Assembly: GCA_964394985.1 (NCBI GenBank)
Contig: CAYMZK010000001.1
Location: 63,957 to 127,956 of the forward strand
Source of the DNA: an uncultured Candidatus Saccharibacteria bacterium
GTDB lineage: Bacteria > Patescibacteriota > Minisyncoccia > Minisyncoccales > GWA2-38-27
Length of the DNA: 64,000 nt
Reading direction: 5' to 3'
In this document: positions 8,923-20,360 of the stretch, piece by piece
Layout of the letters: each line of letters starts with the position of its first letter
Numbering within the stretch: position 1 is the stretch's first letter
Notes under the pieces: generated by a model
Database searches by the model: none
The model's input: the letters and a program-made list of their open reading frames with translations, nothing else
What the model was told of the DNA's origin: nothing
Made by a program: the position numbers and the translations under genes

Positions 8923-11900
8923 TTATTCTTGTGGCAAAGGATTTAGACAACCATGACCATCTCTATACAAATTACACCTAGCATTATCGCTAAAGATTAA
9001 ATCATTTAAAGTTGGCTCTTTTTCTCCTGTAATGCTAATTCCGGTTCCTCCATATCTATCTATGCACTTTACTGTTCCAGAAACCGTCACTTTATCTAAA
9101 AGAGATCCTGAATTCCTTAAGACTATTCCATTATATAAACTATCTTTAACAATTGAGCTTGTTAAGGATATATCAGAATTATTAATATCTAAAGCAATCA
9201 TATCAGGAGAACAGGGTGTACCATAACCTCCTCCGGCATATTCAATAATAACATTATTTAATTCTGAATCTTTGCTTGAGGGACTAAAGGTTATTCCACC
9301 CCAACTACCAGGGTGCGGATCTTCAGTTAAGGCGGTAAATTTAACATTGTCTGCTTTTAATGTTCCATCTACATTAACATTAGAATATTTATCTAATCCC
9401 TTGACCACGCTACCAGAGCTTATCTCTAAAAAACCATTTCCAATGACACCTAGATGCCCTCTTAAAATATATGGTAATCCTTGTTGCCAAATAGTCTCTT
9501 GGCTTATTTTCCCAAAAGTAATAACTCCATTAGTTTCATTATTTTCTGCCGTATTATCTTTTTGATTAAAAGAAGAGTTTTTTAGAACAACGGGCGATTT
9601 ATTTTCAGAGAAAACATTATTCTCTATTTTGTTTAAAACATTATCAACAATACTAATTCCTTTATCGTTTTCAATAAAAGAAGAATTGGTAACTTCAAGA
9701 TTGCCACCGATGACAGCTATGGCCGATCCTCCGTAAGTGTCCATGCAGGCTTTGGTGTTTTTAAACTCGGTATTTTCAACTATTAAAGAAGATTCTATAG
9801 ATCGTATTCCATCGTAGTTAATATCTTGGATAACGGAATCTTTAATAACTAAGAAAGAATTATCTATTTCAATAGCAGCCATTTGCGGAGAGCATGGCGT
9901 TCCATATCCCCCGCCAGCGTATTCAATAATAACATTATTTAATTCTGAATCTTTGCTAGTTGGACCAAACTTTAATTTTCCCCAAGCTCCTCGATACGGC
10001 TCTAACCTGTTCGTAGTGAACTTAACTCCAGTTGCCCTTAGAGTTCCTTCAATATTAATCTCGCTATATTTATCGGTGAAATTTAAAGTAACTTCTGGCT
10101 TTATCTCTAAAAGCTTGTCTTCAAGAACATTAATTTTATTTACTGTATATTTGCCGGATTGAGGGTAGATGGTAATTTCATCAAAAAAATCGTAGAGAAG
10201 ACTTCCGATATTAGTTTCTTGGACAACACTATTTTCAGATCCAGGAGTCCCCCAAATAAAGTTATTGTCTGCGTCTCTACCCTTCTTGATAAACAAATTA
10301 TTGTTTCTCCAAACATCTATGTCTTTTTCCATTGAAATCCTTTTATCTTTATCTCCGGCCGGCCATCCAGCAGAAGCATCTATTTTATCTATTACATTAC
10401 CATAATTATCTTTTAACTCTAAAACACCGCCGTCATCATTTAAAGCTCCGGTAAACAAATAATCAGCGGTTACCTCCGATACCGACTGATCGTCCGTTCT
10501 TTCTAAAAGAAAGTGTGACAAACCATCAATCATCGGAGTAGTTGAATTTATTATAGCAAAGGTGTTAATTTTAGGATCGCCTTCGTTAGGAATAAAAACT
10601 AACTGCCAGTCAGTAAGATCTACTGGACTTTCTTCTTGATTGTATAGTTCAATCCATTCATCATTATATGAGGCATTAGTGCCCATCCAAGCAATTTCAT
10701 TGAATGAAATACTAGGGACAATATAGTCTTCGGGTTGATTTGTTTCGGGCTCGGGCTCGGGCTCGAGCTCTGGTTCAGGTTCCGGTTCTGGTTCAGGTTC
10801 CGGTTCAGGTTCGGGTTCCGGTTCAGGTTCGGGCTCCGGTTCAGGTTCCGGCTCCGGTTCCGGTTCAGGCCAAAAAGCAATATCTCTTAAAATACAATGA
10901 TCATCAAAAAGATAAAGAGTTTCTTTATCATTGTTTAGAGCGCCAGTGTATATAAGGTCAGCTGGCTCATCTGGAATTGAAGAATCGTCAGTTCTTTCCA
11001 TTAAAAACATTTTGTCTATCTTTCCATTTAAAATAACTTGGATTTGTTCAGCTTCGTCTAATATCTGCCAACCAGTAATGTCTAATTCCTCATTAGCTTT
11101 ATTTTTAATTCTAATCCATTCATCGTTAGAAGAATTAGCGGTTCCGTTCCACCCTATTTCATCAAAAACCACATCACTTTCTTCAGGAGTCTTTGAACCC
11201 GTTAGGGGGCAATAAGAAGGAAGAGCAGGCCCGCCTGATCGTCTAATATTTTTAACAACGATCTCTTTTTCTTCAGGCTCGGTTTCTTCTTCGGGCTCGG
11301 TTTCTTCTTCGGGCTCGGTTTCTTCCTCGGGCTCGGTTTCTTCTTCGGGCTCGGTTTCTTCTTCGGGCTCTTCTAACTCTTCTGGCTCTTCTTCAGTTTT
11401 TTTATCCGCTTCATTAGAGGTTTGAGCAAGAGCAGACGCCTTTAAAATATCTATAATTTCTTCAATATTGTCTAATGTGTCTTGAATTTTATTTAAATCT
11501 ACTTCTTGATCTTGTTTTTGAGGTTTTTGGGGTTTTTGAGGCTTATCAGGTAAAGGATTTTCCTCTTTTTCATCTTTTTCTTCTAAAATAATACTAGCGG
11601 GTTCTAAAATATTAACATCTTTTCTTTTGCTTACGGTTTCTGATAATGAAGCTTCAAGGGGATTTATTTTAGAAATAGTACTTTTAAGACCATCCCAAAG
11701 AATTTTAGCTCCACTTAAAAACTTATTATATGTCTTTTTGGCGTAATTGGTAACTTTATTTAAGGAAGATTCTATTTTATCTGAAAAAGTGGGCTCTTTA
11801 AACTCAAAACTAGGAACTGTCCTATCAAAATGAATATCTATTTCCGGCCCCTTAGTCCAAGTATACACATGGTCACCTTTATACACCTCCCCCTTTATCT

Positions 11901-12549
11901 CAACAATAAAAGGAGGTAACTCATCAATACCTCCTTCCCATTGCATGTCCATTCTCATTTCTGGTGATTTTATACTTCTTGAAGAATACACGCCAATTAC
12001 TAATCTGCTTTCTCTTCTATTAATCGGATACTCGACAATTATATAAGGAAAAATGCTATTTTCCCACCCACCACTTAAGGCGGGAAATGCAAGCTTTAAA
12101 TTCCCTTTACCGATCTTCATTTTTTCTTGATATAACCAATCTAAAACATGTTCTTTAGCCATATCCACCGAAACGTCCTCGATTTCTTTTATAATTAATC
12201 TTGGATCGGGGTTTATCAACAAATATATCAACTCCAGAGAAGATTTAACAGCTTTTCCACCTAGATCAGAAAGAATATATTCCAAAAAATTAATTTTGAA
12301 ACTTTTACTAAGAATAACTAAAACGGCTTGTTCTTTAACGTTCAAATTGAAAGATGTTGTTTTGTTAATTATGCTGTTTGTTATTTCTTGCGGCAATGAA
12401 CCCAAAATAAACTCCGAATCCTTCTTTTTAATTTCTATTAATTCTTGGTTTTTAACTAATTTTTCAATATCAATTTCAGCAAAAACATTAAAAGGCAAAA
12501 ATAAAACTACCGTTATTAAAATTAAAATAAATTTTTTAATAAAATTCAT
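8923..12549 (-). CDS. giant secreted protein with parallel beta-helix-like repeats, two lamin-tail-like domains and acidic PE tandem repeats
   Basis: 1208 aa with a signal peptide. Two LTD-like segments (FDEIGWNGT...NDEWIRIKN...DITGWQI and [27 protein letters not shown]). (EETEPE)n and (PE)n repeats. Duplicated C-terminal blocks ([18 protein letters not shown] occurs twice). Confidence 0.7.
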   Translation of the reverse strand: MNFIKKFILILITVVLFLPFNVFAEIDIEKLVKNQELIEIKKKDSEFILGSLPQEITNSIINKTTSFNLNVKEQAVLVILSKSFKINFLEYILSDLGGKAVKSSLELIYLLINPDPRLIIKEIEDVSVDMAKEHVLDWLYQEKMKIGKGNLKLAFPALSGGWENSIFPYIIVEYPINRRESRLVIGVYSSRSIKSPEMRMDMQWEGGIDELPPFIVEIKGEVYKGDHVYTWTKGPEIDIHFDRTVPSFEFKEPTFSDKIESSLNKVTNYAKKTYNKFLSGAKILWDGLKSTISKINPLEASLSETVSKRKDVNILEPASIILEEKDEKEENPLPDKPQKPQKPQKQDQEVDLNKIQDTLDNIEEIIDILKASALAQTSNEADKKTEEEPEELEEPEEETEPEEETEPEEETEPEEETEPEEETEPEEKEIVVKNIRRSGGPALPSYCPLTGSKTPEESDVVFDEIGWNGTANSSNDEWIRIKNKANEELDITGWQILDEAEQIQVILNGKIDKMFLMERTDDSSIPDEPADLIYTGALNNDKETLYLFDDHCILRDIAFWPEPEPEPEPEPEPEPEPEPEPEPEPEPEPEPEPELEPEPEPETNQPEDYIVPSISFNEIAWMGTNASYNDEWIELYNQEESPVDLTDWQLVFIPNEGDPKINTFAIINSTTPMIDGLSHFLLERTDDQSVSEVTADYLFTGALNDDGGVLELKDNYGNVIDKIDASAGWPAGDKDKRISMEKDIDVWRNNNLFIKKGRDADNNFIWGTPGSENSVVQETNIGSLLYDFFDEITIYPQSGKYTVNKINVLEDKLLEIKPEVTLNFTDKYSEINIEGTLRATGVKFTTNRLEPYRGAWGKLKFGPTSKDSELNNVIIEYAGGGYGTPCSPQMAAIEIDNSFLVIKDSVIQDINYDGIRSIESSLIVENTEFKNTKACMDTYGGSAIAVIGGNLEVTNSSFIENDKGISIVDNVLNKIENNVFSENKSPVVLKNSSFNQKDNTAENNETNGVITFGKISQETIWQQGLPYILRGHLGVIGNGFLEISSGSVVKGLDKYSNVNVDGTLKADNVKFTALTEDPHPGSWGGITFSPSSKDSELNNVIIEYAGGGYGTPCSPDMIALDINNSDISLTSSIVKDSLYNGIVLRNSGSLLDKVTVSGTVKCIDRYGGTGISITGEKEPTLNDLIFSDNARCNLYRDGHGCLNPLPQE
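10735..10870 (-). repeat. tandem 6-nt repeat (ggctcg/ggttcc) encoding (PE)n
   Basis: Seen directly: ggctcgggctcgggctcgagctctggttcaggttccggttc...; the protein shows [10 protein letters not shown]. Confidence 0.7.
11275..11400 (-). repeat. tandem 18-nt repeat encoding (EETEPE)n
   Basis: cggtttcttcttcgggct repeated about six times. Confidence 0.7.
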
Positions 12550-13157
12550 TTACCTATCTTTATTGAATTTAAAATAGCTTCAAATTGATTTCTACAATCA
12601 TCTTTGTCTTCTCCAAATAAATAATTTTCTATAATAAAAGCGCTGTTGTTTTTAGAAATTTGTACCCTAATATGTTCTCCAGAAACGTTATCATTATCTA
12701 CAAGAGAAATATGTTTTATTGCATCTTCATTATTAATTTTTATAATTTCGTAATCACATTTTTCAGGTAAATTTTCACACATCTCTATTACTCCTTTTAT
12801 ATATTGAGATGTACTATATGCATCTTCTGATTCTTCTATGGAAAAATTTAAAATACACCCTCTTTTGGGTAATGGCAAAATAGACCCACTTTCTTTATTA
12901 ATCTCAAAGTCTGGACTATCGCAATAAACGCTATTTCCTCCGTCCACAACTTCCCAGTCAGCTGGAATCGTAACCTCAAAACCAGTTTCGGGATGAGAAA
13001 TTAATTTTCCTTCTGATGTTTCTTTTACTTCAAACTCTTCAAACTTAACCATACCTGTTTCTATTTCTGGAGTCTCTCCCCAGGTTTTCCAAATAAAAAC
13101 GCCTAAAACGGCGAGCAATATAATTAGTATAACCCAAAAAACAATCTTTTTCACCAT
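12546..13157 (-). CDS. hypothetical membrane-anchored protein
   Basis: N-terminal TM helix ([19 protein letters not shown]). Start overlaps the upstream gene by 4 nt. Lies downstream of a long structured leader. Confidence 0.5.
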   Translation of the reverse strand: MVKKIVFWVILIILLAVLGVFIWKTWGETPEIETGMVKFEEFEVKETSEGKLISHPETGFEVTIPADWEVVDGGNSVYCDSPDFEINKESGSILPLPKRGCILNFSIEESEDAYSTSQYIKGVIEMCENLPEKCDYEIIKINNEDAIKHISLVDNDNVSGEHIRVQISKNNSAFIIENYLFGEDKDDCRNQFEAILNSIKIGK

Positions 13158-13235
13158 AATTTATTTTTTGAGCGAAGCATGGCTTCACCCAAGATTATTA
13201 GTTTATTATGTTATTATACATATTTTTAAAAAACT

Positions 13236-13530
13236 TAACAATAAAAAGTCCGGTAATTTATTTACCGGACATTGTTTTTTGGGCGCACTTTAAGTAACAT
13301 GGAGGCCTCACCCATGGAAAAGTGAGAGGAATTAAAGGAAGGAGTTGCTCAAGTGCGCCGTTAGACTCCCGATTAACGATCTCGGTCAGAGTGTAAATCA
13401 GGAAGTCGAGGCAAAGTATAAAAAGAACAAATAATGAATAGGGGCCTTTTACTATTTTCTAAAAAGGGTTCTAAGGGTTTTTGCATCGGTGTTTTCTAGT
13501 TTTTTCAAAAGACCCCTATTCTTTAATTTT
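13236..13530 (-). ncRNA. candidate ~290-nt structured RNA or long cis-regulatory leader (unclassified)
   Basis: Minus strand shows TTGACA-17nt-TATACT (plus-strand coordinates about 13531-13559). A long-range helix gggcgcactt...aagtgcgcc (13284-13373) encloses nested hairpins. The transcript ends at an intrinsic terminator (hairpin 13248-13270 plus a U-run). No convincing ORF or SD inside. Confidence 0.3.
13241..13270 (-). terminator. intrinsic terminator (bidirectional hairpin)
   Basis: gtccggtaa-attt-atttaccggac flanked by an A-run and a T-run. Confidence 0.55.
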
Positions 13531-13559
13531 AGTATAGTCCTATTTCAAAAATCTGTCAA
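13531..13559 (-). promoter_or_regulatory. sigma70-like promoter (TTGACA / 17 nt / TATACT)
   Basis: Perfect -35 and near-perfect -10 with a 17-nt spacer, read on the minus strand. Confidence 0.5.
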
Positions 13560-13574
13560 TACCCTGCTGACTAG

Positions 13575-15458
13575 TTAACGGCTAAAATAATAATTAAGAA
13601 TTTCATAAGCAGTCGGCAAGGCAGCTGCTTGAAGATCTTTTACATTTTCTATCATTACAACCAAAACTATCTCTGGGTCCTCATAAGGAGCAAAAACTCC
13701 CACCCAGTTATGATAAGAATTATCTATAGGTGTTTCAGCAGTTCCTGTTTTAGCAGCAGCCGAAACTGGCAAAGAGTTTAAAATTGTAGAAGAAGCATGA
13801 GGGCTATTTTGACCAGTAACCCCCCACCTCATTCCTTCTCTAACTATCGCTAAGTTATCTGAATCAATAAAATTGCTCTTTATTACCTCTGACTTAATCT
13901 CTTTAACTAAATTCTTATTTGAATCTATAACCTCTTTAACTATTCTAGGACTGTACAAAGTCCCTCCATTAGCAATGGCTGAATAAGCGGTAGCTAGCTG
14001 AAGAGGAGTTACCCCAATATCTCCTTGACCAATGGATAGGTTATAGGTGTCTCCATCAAACCAAGACTCCCCTTTCTTTTCTTTCTTCCATTCTGGATAA
14101 GGAATAAACCCCTCTGATTCTCCAAGCAAATCAATTCCTGTTTTTGCTCCCCAACCGAAAAGCTCAGTATACTTTTTAAGCCTTGATGGTCCCAATCCTT
14201 CTTGATCCTTATACCCTCCACCAATAGTATAGAAATAGACATTACAAGATTCAGCAATGGCTTTTCTTAAATCTGTCATTCCATGAACTGCCCAATCTTT
14301 AAAATAATAGGTAATATCTGGGTCATACTTGTGAGGAATGCTTATTTGACCACTACAATTTAAATATTTTTTGTAAGAAATAATATCTTCCTCCAGGGCC
14401 CCCAGAGCAACAATCGGCTTAATTGTCGAACCAGTTGGATAAACTCCGGAGATTACTCGATTAAAAAGAGGATTTTGATCATTTTTGAGCAATCTGTCTA
14501 GTTCTTCTTGATTTGATCCTTTATTAAAAAGATTATTATCATAGCTCGGAATATTAGCAAGAGCCATAACTCCTCCCGTTTTAGGATTTAAAGCAATAGC
14601 CACTGCTTTTTTAGACCCGGTTCTTTCTAGAGTTTTTCTAAGAGCTTCGTAGGATTTCTCTTGCAGCTCTGAATCCAACCATAAAACTAAATTATCTCCA
14701 ACTTCAGGATAAGACACTATTTCTTTAGACAAAACATTACCATAAACATCTCTTTCTATCTTAACTTTACCAGAATCTTTTCTTAAAACATCCTCATAAA
14801 CTTTTTCGATGCCATCAATTCCAACAATCTCTTGACCTTCACCTCTTCCGGTATAACCAATAATATGTGAATAATTAGAGCCATCTTTATAGTCACGAAC
14901 AGAGCTATAATTTAAATAAAAACCAGGAAGATCATTTATTCTTGATTCTAGCATTATTAGAGCTTCGTGATCTAGATTTTCTGAAATTAAAAATATCCTT
15001 TCTCCTGTATTTATTTTTTCATTTAATTGATTATAATCAGTTTTCAATAACTCAGACAGCTCTTTTAAAATATTTTCGTTGTCTTTCGGCAATTCTTTTT
15101 TATCTAAAATCAAATCAAAACTCGGCTTATTATAAACTAACTGCTTTCCATTAATATCATAAATCACTCCTCTGTCGGCTTTGATTGATTGAATTACAAA
15201 CTTATTTTTAGTAGATAAAGTATTATATTTATCTTTCTCAATAACATTGTAATAAAAAGTGATGCTAAAAAGAATCAAAAAAACCAAAAAGATAAAAAAA
15301 GCAAAGCCTTTTATTAGGGCATAAGAGAGAGGAACTTCAAATTTCTTTTCAGAAAGACCAAACTCTTCTTCTTTCTTGCGAGCCAGATTGTCTAAAAAAA
15401 CTTCTTGAGGTTCAATATCTTTAATTTTTCTAAATATTTTTAAAGGGGATTTGAACAT
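13575..15458 (-). CDS. mrdA: penicillin-binding protein 2 (peptidoglycan D,D-transpeptidase)
   Basis: SxxK (GSTIKP), SxN (ESCNVYF) and KTG (KTGTA) motifs. N-terminal TM anchor. 627 aa. Lies directly downstream of mreC-mreD. Confidence 0.85.
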   Translation of the reverse strand: MFKSPLKIFRKIKDIEPQEVFLDNLARKKEEEFGLSEKKFEVPLSYALIKGFAFFIFLVFLILFSITFYYNVIEKDKYNTLSTKNKFVIQSIKADRGVIYDINGKQLVYNKPSFDLILDKKELPKDNENILKELSELLKTDYNQLNEKINTGERIFLISENLDHEALIMLESRINDLPGFYLNYSSVRDYKDGSNYSHIIGYTGRGEGQEIVGIDGIEKVYEDVLRKDSGKVKIERDVYGNVLSKEIVSYPEVGDNLVLWLDSELQEKSYEALRKTLERTGSKKAVAIALNPKTGGVMALANIPSYDNNLFNKGSNQEELDRLLKNDQNPLFNRVISGVYPTGSTIKPIVALGALEEDIISYKKYLNCSGQISIPHKYDPDITYYFKDWAVHGMTDLRKAIAESCNVYFYTIGGGYKDQEGLGPSRLKKYTELFGWGAKTGIDLLGESEGFIPYPEWKKEKKGESWFDGDTYNLSIGQGDIGVTPLQLATAYSAIANGGTLYSPRIVKEVIDSNKNLVKEIKSEVIKSNFIDSDNLAIVREGMRWGVTGQNSPHASSTILNSLPVSAAAKTGTAETPIDNSYHNWVGVFAPYEDPEIVLVVMIENVKDLQAAALPTAYEILNYYFSR

Positions 15459-15735
15459 ATTTATTAGTAAGCATTTTAAGAATCAGAGCAATGAGTGATA
15501 AAATTAAAACATTTAAGCCGATTATCCCGCCAGAAAAAATATCTAAAAACAATCCAGCAAAAAAGGATACATAAAACCCATCATTTCTTTTTGGTTTTTC
15601 AAAGAAATTAAGAAGAATAATAAAAAGATAAATTAAATTTGGCGTCATTCCCCAAACAGGGAAATGAATCAAAAAACTAACCTGAAACAAAGCTAAAAAA
15701 TAAACACATAAGATAAGTAGTATTTTTCTAGTCAT
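15430..15735 (-). CDS. mreD: rod shape-determining protein MreD-like small membrane protein
   Basis: 101 aa and multi-TM. Its position between mreC and PBP2 is the classic mreCD-pbpA synteny. Confidence 0.55.
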   Translation of the reverse strand: MTRKILLILCVYFLALFQVSFLIHFPVWGMTPNLIYLFIILLNFFEKPKRNDGFYVSFFAGLFLDIFSGGIIGLNVLILSLIALILKMLTNKYVQIPFKNI

Positions 15736-16528
15736 TAAAATCTGTAATTATTAATAATCTTTCTGATTTCAAATAATCAAAAGCAATTTTAACATCAGCC
15801 TGCTTAAAAGTGCTAGCATCATTTTCTCTTACTCTTTCCACCCAACCAACCAATAATCCTCCCGGAAAAAGTCCGCTCTTGGAGCTGGTTCCAACCAAAT
15901 CGCCCCTTTTAACCTCTTTTTCTTTCGGAATTAAGTCAATTAAAAGAGATTTTTCAGTTCCTTTAGCCACTCCCAAAATTAAATCCTGTTCTGTTAATTC
16001 ATTATCTTCTTTTAAGATTTTAGCATCAAAAGAACTATCTTTATTGGTGATAAGCATTACTTTAGAAAAATTACCATAACTTTCAATGATTCGGCCAACT
16101 AAAACTTCTTCTTCAGTAATAACTGGCATATCCTTTAAGATGCCGTCTTCTGTCCCCTTGTTAATTAAAAGGATCTGATCTTCTTTGCCGGTTATTTTAG
16201 CAAAGCTAAAACTGTACTTTTTATCTAGTCCCGCGCTTATAGCTTCTCTTAAAAAGCTATTTTCTTCTTCAATCTCTTGAAAAGACAAGATTTGAGAAAA
16301 TAATTCTTGATTTTTAAGTTCCAGATAATCATTTCTTTCTTTTAAAGATCCGGAGGCTAGTATTCCCCAAAAGAAATTAGAAGTACTTTTTCCAGCTTTC
16401 CAAAAAGTCTCTTGAATTGGTGACGAAAAATTATAAAAAAACCCTCTCGCTTCGCTTTGAAAAACATTTAATAATAAAAAAATAACAATTAAAGCTATCC
16501 AAATTAAAATTTTCTTTTTATTTCTCAT
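15728..16528 (-). CDS. mreC: rod shape-determining protein MreC
   Basis: N-terminal TM, coiled coil, then a beta-rich C-terminus with an FPGGLLVGWVERV-type motif; synteny with PBP2. Confidence 0.75.
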   Translation of the reverse strand: MRNKKKILIWIALIVIFLLLNVFQSEARGFFYNFSSPIQETFWKAGKSTSNFFWGILASGSLKERNDYLELKNQELFSQILSFQEIEEENSFLREAISAGLDKKYSFSFAKITGKEDQILLINKGTEDGILKDMPVITEEEVLVGRIIESYGNFSKVMLITNKDSSFDAKILKEDNELTEQDLILGVAKGTEKSLLIDLIPKEKEVKRGDLVGTSSKSGLFPGGLLVGWVERVRENDASTFKQADVKIAFDYLKSERLLIITDFND

Positions 16529-16596
16529 TATCTTTTATTCTATCTTAAATTAATCAAAAATTAAAGCCTGCTTTTAGGCAGACTTAAATTTATCCT

Positions 16597-16711
16597 GAAC
16601 ATTGTAAGGGAGCGATCTACTTTCGCGCAAAGCACTATCATCGACCTTAAGAGATTTCACTTCCGTGTTCGGAATGGGAACGGGTGGAGCACTCTCAGTA
16701 TTACCCCCTTA
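16597..16711 (-). rRNA. rrf: 5S ribosomal RNA
   Basis: Minus strand contains CCACCCGUUCCCAUUCCGAACACGGAAGUGAAA. Terminal helix ttgtaaggg/cccttacaa. Confidence 0.8.
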
Positions 16712-16868
16712 CAATATCCACGATAAAAAGAATTACAATTACAATTATTAATTATTAGCCAACAAGTATGACATATTAGTACCACTCGGCTTAACTTGTT
16801 ACCAAGCTTATACCTGTGGCCTATCGCCTCGTAGTCTTCGAGGTGTCTATGAATCTTAATCTTGTGGG

Positions 16869-16902
<34 letters not shown>

Positions 16903-17111
16903 CGTCCCGACTTAGCTACCCAGCAGTGCTCCTGGCGGAACAACTGGTACACCAGAGGTCAGTTCAGTCCAGTCCTCTCGTCAAGTTTCTCTTGTATTTC
17001 TACAAGCTTAGACTATATCTTCTTCCATATTTTGGAAGCCGACGTATTATAATGGGTCTACCACTATCTTCTGTTATATATAACAGAAAGTCGTTACGGG
17101 GACTAATAAGT

Positions 17112-17624
17112 TTATATCTCTACAATTTTTTTAAGATCAGATTCTAATTTTTCTAATCTTTTTAATCCTGATTGATAGCTTTCTTTCCTAGCTTTAAAAA
17201 TTGCAGATGCAATTTTTTTCCGATCCTTTTTATTAAGATCAAAAAGGCTTTTACTAGATTCTAAAATTTTAAGAATCTTTAAAACATACTTAACTTGTTT
17301 TTTCTTAAATTTCAGATAAGGACTCATTGCTTCCAGGATTTTTCTTGTTTGTTGATATCCATTAATTCTTAATTCAGTCATCCCATCGTTACGATGAGAA
17401 ATATATCCAATTCCAAGCCTTCTTTTTATCCAAAAAAGTGGCTTTTCATGTCGAGTATCTTGATAAAAGCATATAGTAAACATTAATCTAAAAGGCCTTG
17501 AATTGTTTTTAACCTTTTTTATCTGAACCATAATACTTCCATCACCATCAAGAAATCCTGAAATATAAGCTAAATCAGTCTTTGCAATTTTAGAGATATT
17601 AATTTCTTTTATTAATCTTCCCAC
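17112..17624 (-). CDS. intron-encoded LAGLIDADG homing endonuclease
   Basis: LAYISGFLDGDGSI motif; located inside the 23S gene. Confidence 0.8.
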   Translation of the reverse strand: MGRLIKEINISKIAKTDLAYISGFLDGDGSIMVQIKKVKNNSRPFRLMFTICFYQDTRHEKPLFWIKRRLGIGYISHRNDGMTELRINGYQQTRKILEAMSPYLKFKKKQVKYVLKILKILESSKSLFDLNKKDRKKIASAIFKARKESYQSGLKRLEKLESDLKKIVEI

Positions 17625-18117
17625 GATATTGCCTTAATATTTTATTGTCCTCAAGTATATTGTACCATTTGAATCTTAGGACTGTAAAGATTAATGGTCA
17701 CTGCAACAATAAAACAATGAAGGTTTCATCGTTATTAGTCGGTTTGTCATCATAGATTGCTCTATGAAGTAGCAATTTCTTACTAAGACCAACTCCACTC
17801 AAGATTCGACGCCTGCAGTAGATAGGGACCAACCTGTCTCACGACGGTCTGACATATTAATCTTGTATTACTACAAGTACGGACTATATCTTTCCTTTTT
17901 TACAAGGACTAGCGTATTGTAATAGTTTGTACCTATTACCTCGTTTTAAAAAACTCAGTCTCTACGGGGACAAATTTATATCTCATTGAATCTGGGATAT
18001 AGAAAATTGTCTTCCCACGATATCATCCATTATTTCATTATATCATGAAATAATTAGGACTTCACCGTTATTAGCTAGTTTTATCTGGGCTCATGTTCAC
18101 TTACCCAGCTCGCGTGA

Positions 18118-18150
<33 letters not shown>

Positions 18151-19046
18151 GCGGTTCCACCCCCAGGATGCGCCGAGCCGACATCGCTGTCTTTGTTTTC
18201 TTCTATTTCTAGAAGGATCGGACTATATCTTCACCCAGTTGCAATCAACAACTTAGGGGCTGACGTATTATAGAAGGTTTAAAATCTTCCATCTGCTCTA
18301 TTTAGAGCAAGTCTCTACGGGGTCATTACCCAATGATGAGTAAGACTTCCCACGGTATTACCCATTATTTTATTATACCATAAAATAATTAGGGCTTCAC
18401 CGTTATAAGTCAGTTTTTTCGTCTCATTATTTAATGAGATATGATGTTACTATCATAGCACCCCGATATGTTAAGGTGCCGAACAGTGCCGTTGATATGG
18501 ACTCTCGGGCACTACTAGCCTGTTATCCCCGGGGTAACTTTTAGCTGATAATCTTCGAATTTTCTAAAAAAATTCGTCGGTTCACTAAGTTCTAGTTTCC
18601 TAACTGCGCAACAAATACGTTTTGCAGTAAAGCTGGCTTATGGCTTTGTCCGACCATTCCGATTTCCATCCGGAATTAGCCAACCTTTAAGCTTCTCCAT
18701 TACACTTTAGGAGAAAAGTGCCCCACTTAAACTACCCATTAAACACTGTCCTCCGAAAAAATCAGAGTTAGAATTAAGCCTTTAAAAGAGTGGTATTTCA
18801 CTGGCGACTCCGCTCCAACCGAAATCGGAGTTTCAAAGTCTCCCACCTATGCTACGCATCTAAAAACAAAACCCAATATCTAACTATAGTAAAGCTCCCG
18901 GGGTCTTTCCGTCTAGCTGCAGGTAACCGGCATCTTTACCGGTATTGCATTTTCACCGAGCGGTTCTTGGAGACAGTCCTCCAGTCGTGAAGCCTTTCAT
19001 GCGGGCCAGAACTTCATGTTAATTCCATTATTTCTAATGGCATAGA

Positions 19047-19511
19047 CTATATCTTCATCTCATTAAAAGAATCAAGAATCTTCTTTTTGTTGTATATTCG
19101 TTTTCCAGAAGAATTCATTACAGATACTAAATCCATAATTTCGATTATCCCTTTTTTAGTTAAATGATCTCCGTTTTTCATCTTTCGGCAAATAATTTCA
19201 AAAGTTTCAAAATCTTTTTGCTTGCTAGATAATAATGGATATCTTTTAAAATGGGGGATAATTTTTGTTAATAGAGCATTAAGATTTCTCGTTTCAAATT
19301 TTAAAGTTTTATCACAAACATTTTTTCTGATAAAGCCACACTTGAAATAATTTTTAATTAATCTTAATACTTCTGCTCTATTTTCATTTTGAGCTACTGA
19401 AAAACCAGCTACAACTTCCCAACGAAGTTTATTCTTATTTCGCGGACGAATAGAGACGCAAAAGCATCCCTCTCCATCTATATATCCGCTAATATATGAT
19501 TCTAAATTCAT
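19047..19511 (-). CDS. intron-encoded LAGLIDADG homing endonuclease
   Basis: YISGYIDGEGCFCVSI motif; located inside the 23S gene. Confidence 0.8.
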   Translation of the reverse strand: MNLESYISGYIDGEGCFCVSIRPRNKNKLRWEVVAGFSVAQNENRAEVLRLIKNYFKCGFIRKNVCDKTLKFETRNLNALLTKIIPHFKRYPLLSSKQKDFETFEIICRKMKNGDHLTKKGIIEIMDLVSVMNSSGKRIYNKKKILDSFNEMKI

Positions 19512-19844
19512 AATAAGAGTCGGCGTTTTATGATGGTTAATTTACTCCCCACCATCTTAACTAGATAGTTAAAGTCGTTACGGGGTCATTTAAGACTTCC
19601 CACGGTATTACCCATTACTTTATTATACCATAAAATAATTAGGGCTTCACCGTTATAAGCCGAATTCCTACTAGAAATCACTTTCTAGACAGGCAATTTC
19701 TTACCTGGCAAGAGATTACGCTACCTTTGGACGGTTATAGTTCATATACCGTATTTCCCTATATCGCTATAAGGCTTGGACTATATCTTCACCCACTCCC
19801 GTGATGGGAGTTAGGGGCTTGACGTGTAGTCTCTGAGGATTCTT

Positions 19845-20360
19845 CTAATAAGAGCTCAAGATTTGTTTCTTGGAGTATTTCCGTTCTCGGCCGACTAGGA
19901 TAAGATCTCTTAACTTTAAGATTTCTTCCATGCCGGTTTTTTTGAGATGTCTCTTCTTTTTAAGTATGTCTGTGATTTTACAAAAAACTTCAAACACTTT
20001 TTTCTTATTCTCTGATAACAGAGGATAATTTCTGAAAAAAGGAATGACAATTTTTATAATATCTTCCAGTTTTCTTGTTTCAAAATAACATATCCCATCC
20101 TTACGATAACGAATTGTTCCACAATTTAAGAATTTCTTAAATATTTCAGGAACCGTATCGTCTTTCTGAGAAATATTGAACGATAATGAAACCTTCCATC
20201 CATACCTATAATCATCTCTTTTGATTAGAGAGACATTAAAACTTCCTTCTCCATCCGCAAATCCACTCAAATAATAACCGAGGCTCTTACTAGCAGTCTT
20301 TCCTGCTGATTGTCCGCAATTGTACATTTTCACTGCCATAATCTTACTATTATTATACAA
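19845..20360 (-). CDS. intron-encoded LAGLIDADG homing endonuclease
   Basis: YLSGFADGEGSFNVSL motif; located inside the 23S gene. Confidence 0.8.
   Translation of the reverse strand: MYNNSKIMAVKMYNCGQSAGKTASKSLGYYLSGFADGEGSFNVSLIKRDDYRYGWKVSLSFNISQKDDTVPEIFKKFLNCGTIRYRKDGICYFETRKLEDIIKIVIPFFRNYPLLSENKKKVFEVFCKITDILKKKRHLKKTGMEEILKLRDLILVGRERKYSKKQILSSY

Noticed and set aside
2771-11215. Short ORFs antisense to the giant surface-protein genes (2771-3004, 5210-5521, 9032-9226, 9272-9565, 9953-10162, 10620-10880, 10740-10955, 10931-11215)
   Set aside because: They are embedded in long well-supported minus-strand genes. The low-complexity ones (RARARA, NLNRN) are repeat artefacts.
13370-13415. 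SRP-RNA-like stretch GGTCAG...CAGGAAGTCGAGGCA on the plus strand
   Set aside because: Similarity to the 4.5S domain IV is weak, and the promoter and terminator evidence put the transcript on the opposite strand. Kept only as an unclassified structured RNA.
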